DNA of 64,000 nt from an uncultured Gemmatimonadales bacterium (GTDB lineage Bacteria > Gemmatimonadota > Gemmatimonadetes > Gemmatimonadales > GWC2-71-9): positions 192,001 to 256,000 of the forward strand of contig CAVSLV010000002.1 of NCBI GenBank assembly GCA_963728915.1, given 5' to 3'. Positions 29,513-38,979 of the stretch are shown piece by piece; the stretch's first letter is position 1; every line of letters begins with the position of its first letter. The notes beneath the pieces were generated by a model. That model was not told the DNA's origin. It did no database searches and was given only the letters and a program-made list of their open reading frames with translations. The position numbers and the translations under genes are program-made.

Positions 29513-30115
29513 GTGAGGAACCGGCTGGTGATGGTTTGCGTGGCCCTCGGGATGCCGACGCTATCGTGTCAGCGGGGGCCCCGCGAGCCGCCGCCCGGCG
29601 TGCTCGCCGGCGCGCGAACCGAGCTGGAAACCCGCGGGCGCGAGGACCAGGACATCCGGAAGGGATTTGGAGTTGGCGGGACGATCGACCCCGATCAGTT
29701 CAACGCGATGCTCCGGATCGATTCCTCCAACACCCATTGGCTCAAGCAGTATGTCGCGCAGTGGGGCTGGCCGACCGCGGCGCAGATCGGTCACGAGGCG
29801 GTCGAAGCCGCCTTTCTCATCGTGCAGCACGCGGTCCAGGACACCGGGTTCATGCGGGCCATGCTTCCCGCCATTCAGGAAGGCTACCGGCGGGGAGACT
29901 ACAAGGGGAGCGATGTCGCGATGCTCATCGACCGGCTCGAGGTCAAAGCCGGACGACCCCAGATCTACGGCAGCCAGCTCTCCCTCAAGGACGGCAAATG
30001 GGTCATGGACCCCCTCCTGGATTCGGCCCACGTAGACGAGCGGCGACAAAAGCTGGGTCTCATGCCGCTCGCCGAGTACCTTCGCAAGGCCGATTCCGCG
30101 CTCCGCGCTCCATGA
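29513..30115 (+). CDS. DUF6624-like lipoprotein
   Basis: DQDIR, QWGWP, AFLIVQHA, DRLEV...QIYGSQ, VDERRQKLGLMPLAEY. Confidence 0.8.
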   Translation: MRNRLVMVCVALGMPTLSCQRGPREPPPGVLAGARTELETRGREDQDIRKGFGVGGTIDPDQFNAMLRIDSSNTHWLKQYVAQWGWPTAAQIGHEAVEAAFLIVQHAVQDTGFMRAMLPAIQEGYRRGDYKGSDVAMLIDRLEVKAGRPQIYGSQLSLKDGKWVMDPLLDSAHVDERRQKLGLMPLAEYLRKADSALRAP

Positions 30116-30131
30116 CGGAGGAAACCCGATC

Positions 30132-30188
30132 GTGATCGCACGGATCTGGCACGGGAAGGTGCCGAGTCGGATCACGCGCCGCGCGTGA
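30132..30188 (+). pseudogene. N-terminal remnant of an ABM (antibiotic biosynthesis monooxygenase)-like gene
   Basis: GGAGG RBS, then MIARIWHGKVP, a typical N-terminus, truncated after 18 codons against the end of tyrA. Confidence 0.55.
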
Positions 30189-31263
30189 ACGCCCGCCCGG
30201 CCTCCATGAGAGCTACGAATCCGTTCTCGTCGCCGGCACGGACCACATCCCGGATCCGGGTGGCCACCGACACCAGGGTGTCGAGCACTTCCCCGCCGAA
30301 CTCGTTGAGGTACTGGATTTCGAAATAGAGCCGCGGGTTCTCCCGGGACACCGGGGTCGCGACCGCAAGCTGCCGGGCGAACGTGGTACTGGAAAGCCGG
30401 GCCAGCTCCTCCAACGTCGACCCGCTCTCCGCGAGCGCCGCCAGAAACGCGATGTTGAGCGCGTGACTCAGCCCGAGGACCTGGGCCATGATCCGGTCGT
30501 GGCTCGCCAGGTCCATGGTGATCACCTCGGCCATGGTCGGAGCGAAGAGCGACCGGACTGTCTCGTTGGCCTCGGGCATGCCGAGATCGATCACCACGAC
30601 GTGGCGACCGGCGAGGAGGCGCGTGTCAGGCCCGAAGAGCGGATGCATCGAGCTGGTGCGGACCCCGGCATGCACCAGCCGTTCCAGCCCGGTCCGGAGC
30701 GGCGCCTTGAGCGAACCCACGTCGAAGACGACACCCGAAGGACGCCGTTGGGCGAGCTCGTCCAGGATGACCGCGGTGGCCCGGAGCGGCGCCGCCACGA
30801 TGACCAGGTCCTGCTCCAGGGACGACTGGCGCCAGTCAGGGAACCAGGGCGCCTCGGACGAGGAGGCGCCGGCCGGATCGGCGATCTCGACCTGGAAGCC
30901 CTGGCTCTGAAGAAATCGCACCAGCCATCCCCCCATCCGGCCGCCGCCCCCGATCACCAGGGCGCGCCTGCCCAGCCCACCCGAGCGCGAGGCAACCCGC
31001 TGTTCCTCCTGGGTCACGAGCGAGGCTTCGATGAGCAATTCGAGCACTTGCCCGGCCAGGTCCGGGCTGAGGCTCTCTTCCCGGGCCAGTCGACGAGCCC
31101 GCTCGATCACCCGCTTCTCCTGGGCAAAATCACGTAACCCGCGAGCCTCGGATTCCTTCCGCCGCCCGATGGCTTCGGCCAGCCGCTGTCGTGCCGCCAT
31201 CCCCCTGACCAGCTCCCGGTCTATCTCGGCGAGCCGATCGCGGAGCTCCGCAAGTTCGCTCAT
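30172..31263 (-). CDS. tyrA: Bifunctional chorismate mutase / prephenate dehydrogenase
   Basis: CM domain LAELRDRLAEIDRELV; VIGGGGRMG, FDVGSLK, HPLFGP, HDRIMAQVLGLSH. Confidence 0.93.
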   Translation of the reverse strand: MSELAELRDRLAEIDRELVRGMAARQRLAEAIGRRKESEARGLRDFAQEKRVIERARRLAREESLSPDLAGQVLELLIEASLVTQEEQRVASRSGGLGRRALVIGGGGRMGGWLVRFLQSQGFQVEIADPAGASSSEAPWFPDWRQSSLEQDLVIVAAPLRATAVILDELAQRRPSGVVFDVGSLKAPLRTGLERLVHAGVRTSSMHPLFGPDTRLLAGRHVVVIDLGMPEANETVRSLFAPTMAEVITMDLASHDRIMAQVLGLSHALNIAFLAALAESGSTLEELARLSSTTFARQLAVATPVSRENPRLYFEIQYLNEFGGEVLDTLVSVATRIRDVVRAGDENGFVALMEAGRAFTRGA

Positions 31264-31276
31264 TCCCTTGCTCCCC

Positions 31277-31315
31277 AAAAAAAAGAAAGAGCGGCCCCCC
31301 CCCGGTGGGCCGCTC
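31277..31315 (-). terminator. Attenuator terminator upstream of tyrA
   Basis: GAGCGGCCC/GGGCCGCTC 9-bp stem followed by TTTCTTTTTTTT. Confidence 0.9.
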
Positions 31316-31341
31316 GTGATTCGGATCTCGGAAATCTGGTG

Positions 31342-31419
31342 CTAGGTCGAGTACCGAAGCCCGCGGCCGGGGAGGGTCGCATATCGGTAATCGGTGCGGT
31401 ACCGGCGAAGATTAGGCAT
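31342..31419 (-). CDS. tyrA leader peptide MPNLRRYRTDYRYATLPGRGLRYST
   Basis: 25 aa with Tyr at 7, 11, 13 and 23; overlaps the antiterminator arm; directly upstream of the terminator. Confidence 0.82.
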   Translation of the reverse strand: MPNLRRYRTDYRYATLPGRGLRYST

Positions 31420-31427
31420 GATCGGGA

Positions 31428-31976
31428 TCAATCATAACCGCCCGGCGCCCACGGCGCCCGGATCCGGAGCGGGACGATCATGGTGCCCCAGTGGATCCGG
31501 AGAATCGCCTCGTCCCGGTTCACGACCGGGAAGTAATAGGCCAGGGTTTCCATGTGTGCCCCCTGCTCGACCTCCACTTCGAACCGCAGCGCATCCCGGT
31601 CGGGACCGGGATACGGGGTATGGAACACGTGGGCGGCCCGGCTCAGGATCACGGTCCAGGGCGCGTGCTCGCGGGGAATCAGCCAGAGAGTGTACTCGCC
31701 GGCGGCCAGCGGGTGGCCTTCCAGCTCGATGTCGTGGGTAATGGCAATGCGGCTCGCCGAGTCGGCGCCGGGATGCCAGAGGGTATCCCACTTCACGAGG
31801 CCCCCGAAGAGGGCGCGGCCCCGCGCAACCGGCCGGCCGTACGCGATGGTGATCTCAGTGAAGGCGACGGTCTGGCTGACCAGTCCCCGCTGACTGAACG
31901 GGATCGCCTGGGCGGTGGCGCCCTCGAAAGAGCCGAACGCCAAAAGCGTCACCAGAAAGCCGACTCTCATTGCCAT
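31428..31976 (-). CDS. DUF2911 domain secreted protein
   Basis: [10 protein letters not shown]...[13 protein letters not shown]...WHPGAD...AGEYTLW...IHWG. Confidence 0.88.
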   Translation of the reverse strand: MAMRVGFLVTLLAFGSFEGATAQAIPFSQRGLVSQTVAFTEITIAYGRPVARGRALFGGLVKWDTLWHPGADSASRIAITHDIELEGHPLAAGEYTLWLIPREHAPWTVILSRAAHVFHTPYPGPDRDALRFEVEVEQGAHMETLAYYFPVVNRDEAILRIHWGTMIVPLRIRAPWAPGGYD

Positions 31977-32068
31977 TCTCATGGGAGCTGAAATATGGAG
32001 GATGGTCTCGCTGGCGCCAGGCGACTTCCGGCGATAAGGTACCGTCTTCGACGACGAACCATCGAGGG

Positions 32069-35000
32069 ATGATGAGATCACTCCTGCTCCTGCTGCTCCC
32101 AATCTGCGGCGTCTTGGCCGCCCAGGCCACGCCACCTGCCCCGCCCTCACTCGACAGCGTCTTCAAGCCGGTGAAATGGCGCTCGATCGGCCCCTTCCGG
32201 GGCGGCCGCTCGGTGGCCGCCAGCGGCGTGGTGGGCGATCCGAAGACCTACTACATGGGCACCACCGGGGGCGGGGTCTGGAAGACCGACAACATGGGGA
32301 TCACCTGGCGCAATATCTCCGACGGATTCTTCAAAACCGGAACGGTCGGCGCCATCGCGGTCGCCGAATCGGATCCCAACGTGGTATACGTCGGCATGGG
32401 GGAGCATGCGATCCGCGGAGTGATGACCTCTTCCGGCGATGGGGTCTACCGATCCACCGACGCCGGCAAGACCTGGAAGAAGATCGGCCTCGACGAGACC
32501 CGGCATATCTCCCGCATCGTGGTGGACCCGAAGAATCCGGATATGGTGTTCGTCGCGGCGCAAGGCGCGCTCTATGCTCCCTCCCGGCAGCGGGGGATTT
32601 TCAAATCCACCGACGGCGGCGCCACCTGGAAGAACACCTTGTACGTCGACGACAAGACCGGCGCCGCCGAGCTGTCGATGGACGCGAGCAATCCGCGGAT
32701 CCTCTATGCCGCGATGTGGGAGCACGGCCGGCTGCCCTGGCAGGTCAAGAGCGGCGGGCCGGGGAGCGGGCTCTATAAATCCACCGACGCCGGGGAAACC
32801 TGGCAGAAGATGACCAAAGGCCTCCCCGACAAGATGGGGAAGATGGCCATCGCGGTGAGCCGTTCGAACCCGGAGAAGGTATACGCCCTGATCGAAAGCG
32901 AATCGAACGGCGACGACCGCGGCCTCTGGGCGTCCGACGATGCGGGCAAGAGCTGGAGCCATGTCTCCAGCGAGCCGCAGCTGGTGCAGCGGGCCTGGTA
33001 CTACATCGAGCTCTTCATCGATCCGAAGGATGAAAACCGGGTCTACGTTCTGAGCGCCCCGGCGCTCCGCTCCAACGACGGCGGGAAGACCTGGGAGACC
33101 GTGGAGGTGCTCCACGGGGATACCCACAACCTGTGGATCAACCCGGACAACGCCGACAATTTCATCCTGTCGGACGACGGTGGCGCCTCGATCACGTTCG
33201 ACCGGGGCAAGAGCTGGAGCTCGCTGGACAACCAGCCCACCGGCCAGTTCTACCGCCTCAACGCCGACAACGGGTTTCCCTACCGGATCTACACCGCGCA
33301 GCAGGACAACACCTCGGTGGTCATCACCAGCCGGGAGCTGGGAAACGGTGGGATCGACGCCGACGGCTGGACCTGGTCGGCCGGCGGCGAAAGCGCCTTC
33401 CTCGCCTTTGACCCCGATAACCCGCGCTACATACTCGGCGGGAGCTACGAAGGCACCATCGAGATCCTCGACACCAGGGCGACCGCCGCCACCAATATCA
33501 TGCCGGCGCCGATCCAGTACCTCGGCATGGACGCGAAGGACATGAAGTACCGCTACAACTGGAACGCGCCCATCATCTGGAGCCGCTGGGAGCCCAACAC
33601 CTACTACCACGGGTCCCAGATGCTGCTCAAGACCAGCGACCTGGGAAAGACCTGGAAGGAGGTCTCGCCCGACCTGACCCGCAATGACAAGGAGAAGCAG
33701 GGAAAACCCGGGGTCCCCTATACCAACGAGGCGGTGGGGGCGGAGAACTACGGCACCCTGTCCGATGTCGTGGAATCTCCCCACGAGCGCGGGGTGATCT
33801 GGACCGGCAGCGACGACGGGCTGGTCCAGCTGACCCGCGACGGCGGCGCCACCTGGAAGAATGTGACCCCGAAGGGGCTCGCCGAATGTCTGATCAACGC
33901 GATCGACGTGTCCCCGTTCGACAAAGGGACCGCCTACATCGCGACCACCCGCTACAAGTTCAATGATTTCACGCCGGGCCTCTACAAGACCACCGACTAC
34001 GGCGAAACCTGGACCCGGATCGACAAAGGAATTCCTCTGAACGCCTTCACCCGCGTGGTGCGGGAAGACGAGGTGCGGAGGGACCTGCTCTTCGCGGGGA
34101 CCGAGCTGGGCCTCTACGTGTCCTGGAACGGGGGCAAGGACTGGACCCCGTTCCAGCTCAACCTCCCGATCACGCCGGTGACCGACCTGCTGATCCACAA
34201 CGGAAACCTGATCGCGGCCACCTCGGGCCGGGGCATCTGGGTGCTCGACGATCTGTCCCTGATCCGGCAGTATCGTCCCGACGCCGCCGATTTCGCGATG
34301 TTCAGACCGGCGGACGCCTATCTCGTCAACGGAGGGAGCGAGCTCAATGCAACCGACCCCGATTTTACCGGGGCGAGCATAACCCGCGGCGTCAACCCCG
34401 CGAGCGGCATGGTGCTCTACTACCGGCTTCCCGCGAAAGCCGACAGCGCCGGCCTGACCCTCGAAGTGCGCGATTCGGCCGGAGCCCTGGTCCGGAGCTT
34501 CTCGTCGAAGAAGGACACCACGTTCAGGAAGTGGGACGGTGGCCCACCCGCCGCCCCGGTGCTGACCACCGCCGCCGGGCTGAATCGCTTCGTCTGGGAC
34601 CTCCGGTATCCCACCATGGCCGGCGTGCCCGGCATCTACATCGAGGCCAGTTATCGCGGGCACAAGGCCTCGCCGGGGCTGTACCGGCTCACCCTGAAGC
34701 TGGGGGACCGGAACGCCGCGACCGACGCGCGCATCCTGGCGAATCCCCTCTATACCACGGATGCCGCGACCTACGCCGAGTACAACCGGTTCATGTCCGG
34801 CATGGAACGCGAGATGACGGAGATGCACCAGACCGTGAATCGACTCCATCACATCCAGGAGCAGCTCACCACGGTCCTGGCGGGGCTCAAGCCCGGCGAG
34901 CCATACGCCGCCATCAAACACGAAGGCGATTCCCTGGTGGCCAAGCTCCTGGCCTGGGACGGCGACATGGTCTCCCGGAAGTCGAAGGCGTATGATGACG

Positions 35001-35251
35001 TGGAGAACTTCGCCCAGAAGTTCGCCGCCAACTACCTCTTCCTGATCAATCAGACCGAGAGCGACCTGCCCCGCGTCAATCAGCCGTCCCGCGATCGACG
35101 GGCGGTGCTCGAAGGGGAATGGACCGCGCTCAGGGCCCGCTCCGATGTCATGCTGCTCCAGGACATTCCGGCCCTGAACCGGAGGCTGTGGGCGCTGGGC
35201 ATCGGCGCGATCGGTCCCGAGGCGACCCCGCCCCCGAGCACCATCCCCTGA
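32069..35251 (+). CDS. Secreted VPS10/BNR-repeat beta-propeller (glycosyl hydrolase-like)
   Basis: [12 protein letters not shown]; many Asp-boxes ([24 protein letters not shown]); [11 protein letters not shown]. Confidence 0.92.
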   Translation: MMRSLLLLLLPICGVLAAQATPPAPPSLDSVFKPVKWRSIGPFRGGRSVAASGVVGDPKTYYMGTTGGGVWKTDNMGITWRNISDGFFKTGTVGAIAVAESDPNVVYVGMGEHAIRGVMTSSGDGVYRSTDAGKTWKKIGLDETRHISRIVVDPKNPDMVFVAAQGALYAPSRQRGIFKSTDGGATWKNTLYVDDKTGAAELSMDASNPRILYAAMWEHGRLPWQVKSGGPGSGLYKSTDAGETWQKMTKGLPDKMGKMAIAVSRSNPEKVYALIESESNGDDRGLWASDDAGKSWSHVSSEPQLVQRAWYYIELFIDPKDENRVYVLSAPALRSNDGGKTWETVEVLHGDTHNLWINPDNADNFILSDDGGASITFDRGKSWSSLDNQPTGQFYRLNADNGFPYRIYTAQQDNTSVVITSRELGNGGIDADGWTWSAGGESAFLAFDPDNPRYILGGSYEGTIEILDTRATAATNIMPAPIQYLGMDAKDMKYRYNWNAPIIWSRWEPNTYYHGSQMLLKTSDLGKTWKEVSPDLTRNDKEKQGKPGVPYTNEAVGAENYGTLSDVVESPHERGVIWTGSDDGLVQLTRDGGATWKNVTPKGLAECLINAIDVSPFDKGTAYIATTRYKFNDFTPGLYKTTDYGETWTRIDKGIPLNAFTRVVREDEVRRDLLFAGTELGLYVSWNGGKDWTPFQLNLPITPVTDLLIHNGNLIAATSGRGIWVLDDLSLIRQYRPDAADFAMFRPADAYLVNGGSELNATDPDFTGASITRGVNPASGMVLYYRLPAKADSAGLTLEVRDSAGALVRSFSSKKDTTFRKWDGGPPAAPVLTTAAGLNRFVWDLRYPTMAGVPGIYIEASYRGHKASPGLYRLTLKLGDRNAATDARILANPLYTTDAATYAEYNRFMSGMEREMTEMHQTVNRLHHIQEQLTTVLAGLKPGEPYAAIKHEGDSLVAKLLAWDGDMVSRKSKAYDDVENFAQKFAANYLFLINQTESDLPRVNQPSRDRRAVLEGEWTALRARSDVMLLQDIPALNRRLWALGIGAIGPEATPPPSTIP

Positions 35252-35262
35252 GACGGGCCGCT

Positions 35263-35319
35263 TCCCCTTGACTTTCTAGGGGACCCCGCGATCTTCTTTC
35301 CCTAGAAACTCTATGGGAA
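35263..35319. promoter_or_regulatory. Tandem palindromic PadR operators over the promoter
   Basis: TCCCCTTGA-ctt-TCTAGGGGA (contains TTGACT, -35-like) and TTCCCTAGA-aac-TCTATGGGAA. Confidence 0.7.
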
Positions 35320-35325
35320 GGTGAC

Positions 35326-35682
35326 ATGCCCGCTCCGCCGGTGGATCTGCTCCGCGGTACCCTCGACCTCCTCATTCTCAAGGCGCTGAGCCGGGGACGC
35401 ACCCACGGCTACGGGGTCGCCCGCTGGATCGAGGACGCCACCGGCGAAGCCCTTCGGATCGAGGAGGGCTCGCTCTATCCCGCGCTCCACCGTCTCGAGG
35501 AGCGGGGCCTGGTGGAGACCGAGTGGGGCCTGTCGGAGAACAACCGCCGGGCCCGCTACTACCGGCTCACCCCGGCCGGGCGGCGGAGGCTGCGGACCGA
35601 ATCCGACTCGTGGACCCGCTTCGCCCGGGCGGTCTTCGCCGCCCTGGAGGCCCCGGCCAACCCGCAACCGGCCGGGGCATAA
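35326..35682 (+). CDS. PadR family regulator, ADOP-associated
   Basis: [42 protein letters not shown]. Confidence 0.94.
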   Translation: MPAPPVDLLRGTLDLLILKALSRGRTHGYGVARWIEDATGEALRIEEGSLYPALHRLEERGLVETEWGLSENNRRARYYRLTPAGRRRLRTESDSWTRFARAVFAALEAPANPQPAGA

Positions 35683-35696
35683 CCCGCGAGACGGCG

Positions 35697-38393
35697 ATGG
35701 CTGGCGAACCCCTCTGGCGCCGCTACCTCCGACTGCTCGGGCCCGACGTCGCCGCCGACGTGGACGATGAAATCGCCCACCATCTCGCCGCGCTGGAAGA
35801 GCGCTTTCGAGCCCGGGGGATGAGCGAGTCGGACGCCCGCGACGCGGCCCAGGCCCGGTTCGGCAACGTCGCCTCGGTGCGCCGCCAGCTCACCCGCCAT
35901 GACCACCGGCGACTTCGCCGTCAGGTCCATGGCCAGACCTGGAGTCACTGGATGCACGACTTCCGCTACGCCTTCCGCTCGCTGCGCCGGGCTCCGCTGT
36001 TCAGCCTGGTCGCGATCCTGACCCTGACCCTGGGCGTCGGGGCCACGACCGCGATCTTCAGCGTGATCCACGCCGTCCTGCTCCAGCCGCTTCCCTATCC
36101 CGATCCCGACCGGATCGTCCGGGTCTGGGAGCTGGGCCAGAAGGGCGGACAGATGAACTGGTCCGATCCGGAGTTCGAGGATCTGCGCGACCAGAGCCAC
36201 AGCTTTGTATCGCTCGCCCAGGCATCGGGTTCCGCCGCGATTCCGGTCCTGGCGGCCAGCGAACCGGTGCGCGCCAACGCCGCGATGGTGTCCCGCTCGT
36301 TCTTCGCAACCATGGGCGTCACCCCGATCGAAGGCCGGCTGTTCGCACCGGAGGAGCTCCAGCCGGGGGGCCGGCCCGCCGTGGTGGTGAGCGAAGGGTT
36401 TTGGAAGAACGCGTTGGGCGGTACGCCCCTCGGATCCGGAACCATCCTTCGCTTTGGCAATCAGGTCCACTCGGTCGTGGGGGTCATGCCGGCCTCCCTG
36501 AACTATCCCGACCAGACCGATCTCTGGTTTCCCCGCGAGAGCGAAGAGCGGAACCCGTATCGTACCGCGCACAACTGGCAGGTGCTGGGACGGCTGGCGC
36601 CCGGCGCGTCGCTGGAACAGGCCCGCACGGAGGTCGGCGCCATCGCCCGACAGCTCAAGATGCAGTACGGGTCCGACGTCGATATGGCCGACGCCACCCT
36701 GGTGACCCTGCGGGAACAGCTGGTCGGGTACGTCAAATCCACTCTCTACATTCTGCTCGGCGCCTCCGGAGTGCTCCTCCTCATCGCGTGCGCGAACGTC
36801 GTCAACCTGATGCTGGCACGAATGGCGGCGCGGGAAGGCGAGCTGGCCCTCCGTCTTTCCCTTGGCGCGACCCGTGGCCGCCTCGCGAGTCAGTTTGTCG
36901 CGGAGGCCCTGGTGCTCGCCGCCGGCAGCGCGCTGCTCGGATGGTTGCTCGCGGGGGCGGGAACCCGCGCCCTGCTCGCGCTGCAACAGGGGCGCCTGCC
37001 GAGGGTCGACCACGTGCGGATGAACGGGGCGGTGCTGGGATTCGCGCTGGGGGTCTCCCTGCTCATCGCGATAGGCTTGGGGCTGGTCACGGCCTGGCGG
37101 GTCGCCCGGGGCAGTCTTCGCGACGCCTTGGCGGAAGCCCAGCGCACCCAGGCCGGCACCGGGGGGATGCGGATCCGCCGGGTGCTGGTGATGGCGCAAG
37201 TCGCCGCCACCCTGGTGCTCCTGGTCGGGGCGGGACTCCTGGCCAGGAGTTTTACCCGGCTGTTGTCCATTGATCCCGGGTTCCGCACCGAGGACGTTCT
37301 GGTGCTCGAAGTCGCCCCGGACAACTCCGACTCCGCGACCCGATTGGAGAACGTGCGCTTCTACGACGAGCTGATGACTCGGCTCGCGAAGCTGCCCGGG
37401 GTGCGCGAAGTGGGAGGAGCCAATGTCCTGCCACTCGACGGGACCAGCTCGGGCAATGGGACCTTCGTGCTCCTGGAGAGCCCCACCATGCGTCCGTCCA
37501 TGGACGACCTCGATCGCCTGTTCCGGGACCCCACCTCGAGCGGCCAGGCCGAATACCGGATCGCCAGCGGCGGATACTTCCGGGCGATGGGCATCCCCTT
37601 GATCCGCGGGCGGCTATTCGACGATCGGGACCAGCCGGACGCGCCCCACGTGGCGGTGATCAGCCAGTCGCTCGCTACCCAGCGGTGGCCGGACCAGGAC
37701 CCCATCGGCAAGGTGATCGAGTTCGGCAATATGGACGGGGACCTGCGGCCGTTCACGATTGTGGGCGTGGTCGGTGACGTGCGCGAGGCGACGCTGGCCA
37801 GGACGCCGCGACCAACCGTCTACGCCTTCTACCGGCAGCGACCGGTCAAGGCAACCCCGTTCAACTTCATCATGCAGGGGCCCAGCGTCGAGTCGGCGGA
37901 GACCATTGCCACGGCCCGGCAGGCGGTGCGGGAGCTTCGCCCCGACCTGCCCCCCAGAATCCACACCATCGAATCGGTCGTCTCGATGTCGGTGGCGGAC
38001 CGGCGCTTCACCCTGTTGCTCATCGGGATCTACGGCGCCTCCGCGCTGTTGCTCGCCGCGCTCGGGGTGTACGGGGTGATCGCGTTTCTGGTCCGGCAAC
38101 GGAGACAGGAAATCGGAGTCCGGATCGCGCTCGGAGCCCAGACCGGCGATGTGATGCGACTGGTGCTCCGCCAGGCGGCCATCCTGGGCGTGGCCGGCGT
38201 GCTGATCGGAGCCGCCGCGGCGGTCGGGCTCACCCGTCTGATTGCGGGATTGCTCTTTGACGTGAGCCCGACCGATCCGCTGGCGTTCGTGGTCGTATCG
38301 GCCGGGCTCGTGGGGGTCGTGCTGCTCGCGAGTTTCCTGCCGGCCCGGCGGGCCTCCCAGGTCGATCCCATGATCGCGATCCGGGTGGAATGA
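35697..38393 (+). CDS. ADOP family duplicated permease with prefix domain
   Basis: DVDDEIAHHL...ARFG prefix; LLIACANVVNL; EIGVRIALGA. Confidence 0.94.
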   Translation: MAGEPLWRRYLRLLGPDVAADVDDEIAHHLAALEERFRARGMSESDARDAAQARFGNVASVRRQLTRHDHRRLRRQVHGQTWSHWMHDFRYAFRSLRRAPLFSLVAILTLTLGVGATTAIFSVIHAVLLQPLPYPDPDRIVRVWELGQKGGQMNWSDPEFEDLRDQSHSFVSLAQASGSAAIPVLAASEPVRANAAMVSRSFFATMGVTPIEGRLFAPEELQPGGRPAVVVSEGFWKNALGGTPLGSGTILRFGNQVHSVVGVMPASLNYPDQTDLWFPRESEERNPYRTAHNWQVLGRLAPGASLEQARTEVGAIARQLKMQYGSDVDMADATLVTLREQLVGYVKSTLYILLGASGVLLLIACANVVNLMLARMAAREGELALRLSLGATRGRLASQFVAEALVLAAGSALLGWLLAGAGTRALLALQQGRLPRVDHVRMNGAVLGFALGVSLLIAIGLGLVTAWRVARGSLRDALAEAQRTQAGTGGMRIRRVLVMAQVAATLVLLVGAGLLARSFTRLLSIDPGFRTEDVLVLEVAPDNSDSATRLENVRFYDELMTRLAKLPGVREVGGANVLPLDGTSSGNGTFVLLESPTMRPSMDDLDRLFRDPTSSGQAEYRIASGGYFRAMGIPLIRGRLFDDRDQPDAPHVAVISQSLATQRWPDQDPIGKVIEFGNMDGDLRPFTIVGVVGDVREATLARTPRPTVYAFYRQRPVKATPFNFIMQGPSVESAETIATARQAVRELRPDLPPRIHTIESVVSMSVADRRFTLLLIGIYGASALLLAALGVYGVIAFLVRQRRQEIGVRIALGAQTGDVMRLVLRQAAILGVAGVLIGAAAAVGLTRLIAGLLFDVSPTDPLAFVVVSAGLVGVVLLASFLPARRASQVDPMIAIRVE

Positions 38394-38882
38394 TCAGGGT
38401 GATTTTGCTGGATTGACCCTTCCCCGATGACAGGTGATGCAATTGATCGCCCGGGTCTCGGCGGGCGTGGACTCCAGGTTCTCCATCTTGCGGAGCGCCT
38501 GGTTGATCATCTGGTGCATGGTGGCCATCTCGCGGGTGGCCCGCTTGGGACGCTTGGCGTCGCTGGTGTAATCCCCCTCGACGTGGCAATACGAGCAGCG
38601 AACGCCGAGGGCGCGCGAGTAGCCCGTCGTCATGATATTGAGAAACTGTCTCGCCGTGGTTCCTCTCAGCGTGATCACGTTGGGGAAGACCTGCTCGGCC
38701 GGCTCGGTCTGACGGTCTGCGATTTCCTGGAGCACCGCGAGCGCCTCGCGGTCATTGGCCGCCTCGATGGTGTCGGCAGCCAGGGCGGTCGCCGGGGCGG
38801 TTGCTTCGGGAGCCGGGCGGGATGTCGGCGAGGTTCGCGCACAGCCGAGAACCAGGAGGAGCAGGACCGGGGTTGTTCGCAT
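38394..38882 (-). CDS. Diheme c-type cytochrome lipoprotein
   Basis: LVLGC lipobox; ALGVRCSYCH and NCITCHRG. Confidence 0.85.
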   Translation of the reverse strand: MRTTPVLLLLVLGCARTSPTSRPAPEATAPATALAADTIEAANDREALAVLQEIADRQTEPAEQVFPNVITLRGTTARQFLNIMTTGYSRALGVRCSYCHVEGDYTSDAKRPKRATREMATMHQMINQALRKMENLESTPAETRAINCITCHRGRVNPAKSP

Positions 38883-38979
38883 GTTGCCTCCGTGAACCGG
38901 GGCCGGGGTGGCTCCAGACCGATTGACGATATCAGACCCGGGAGGTAACGTCGAGGCTCGGCCCCTTCAAGGCAACCCC

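Noticed and set aside
38394..38882. Cytochrome resembling the reaction-centre cytochrome family as a sign of phototrophy
   Set aside because: Only two CxxCH in 162 aa, whereas PufC is tetraheme and larger; no puf or bch genes in the window.
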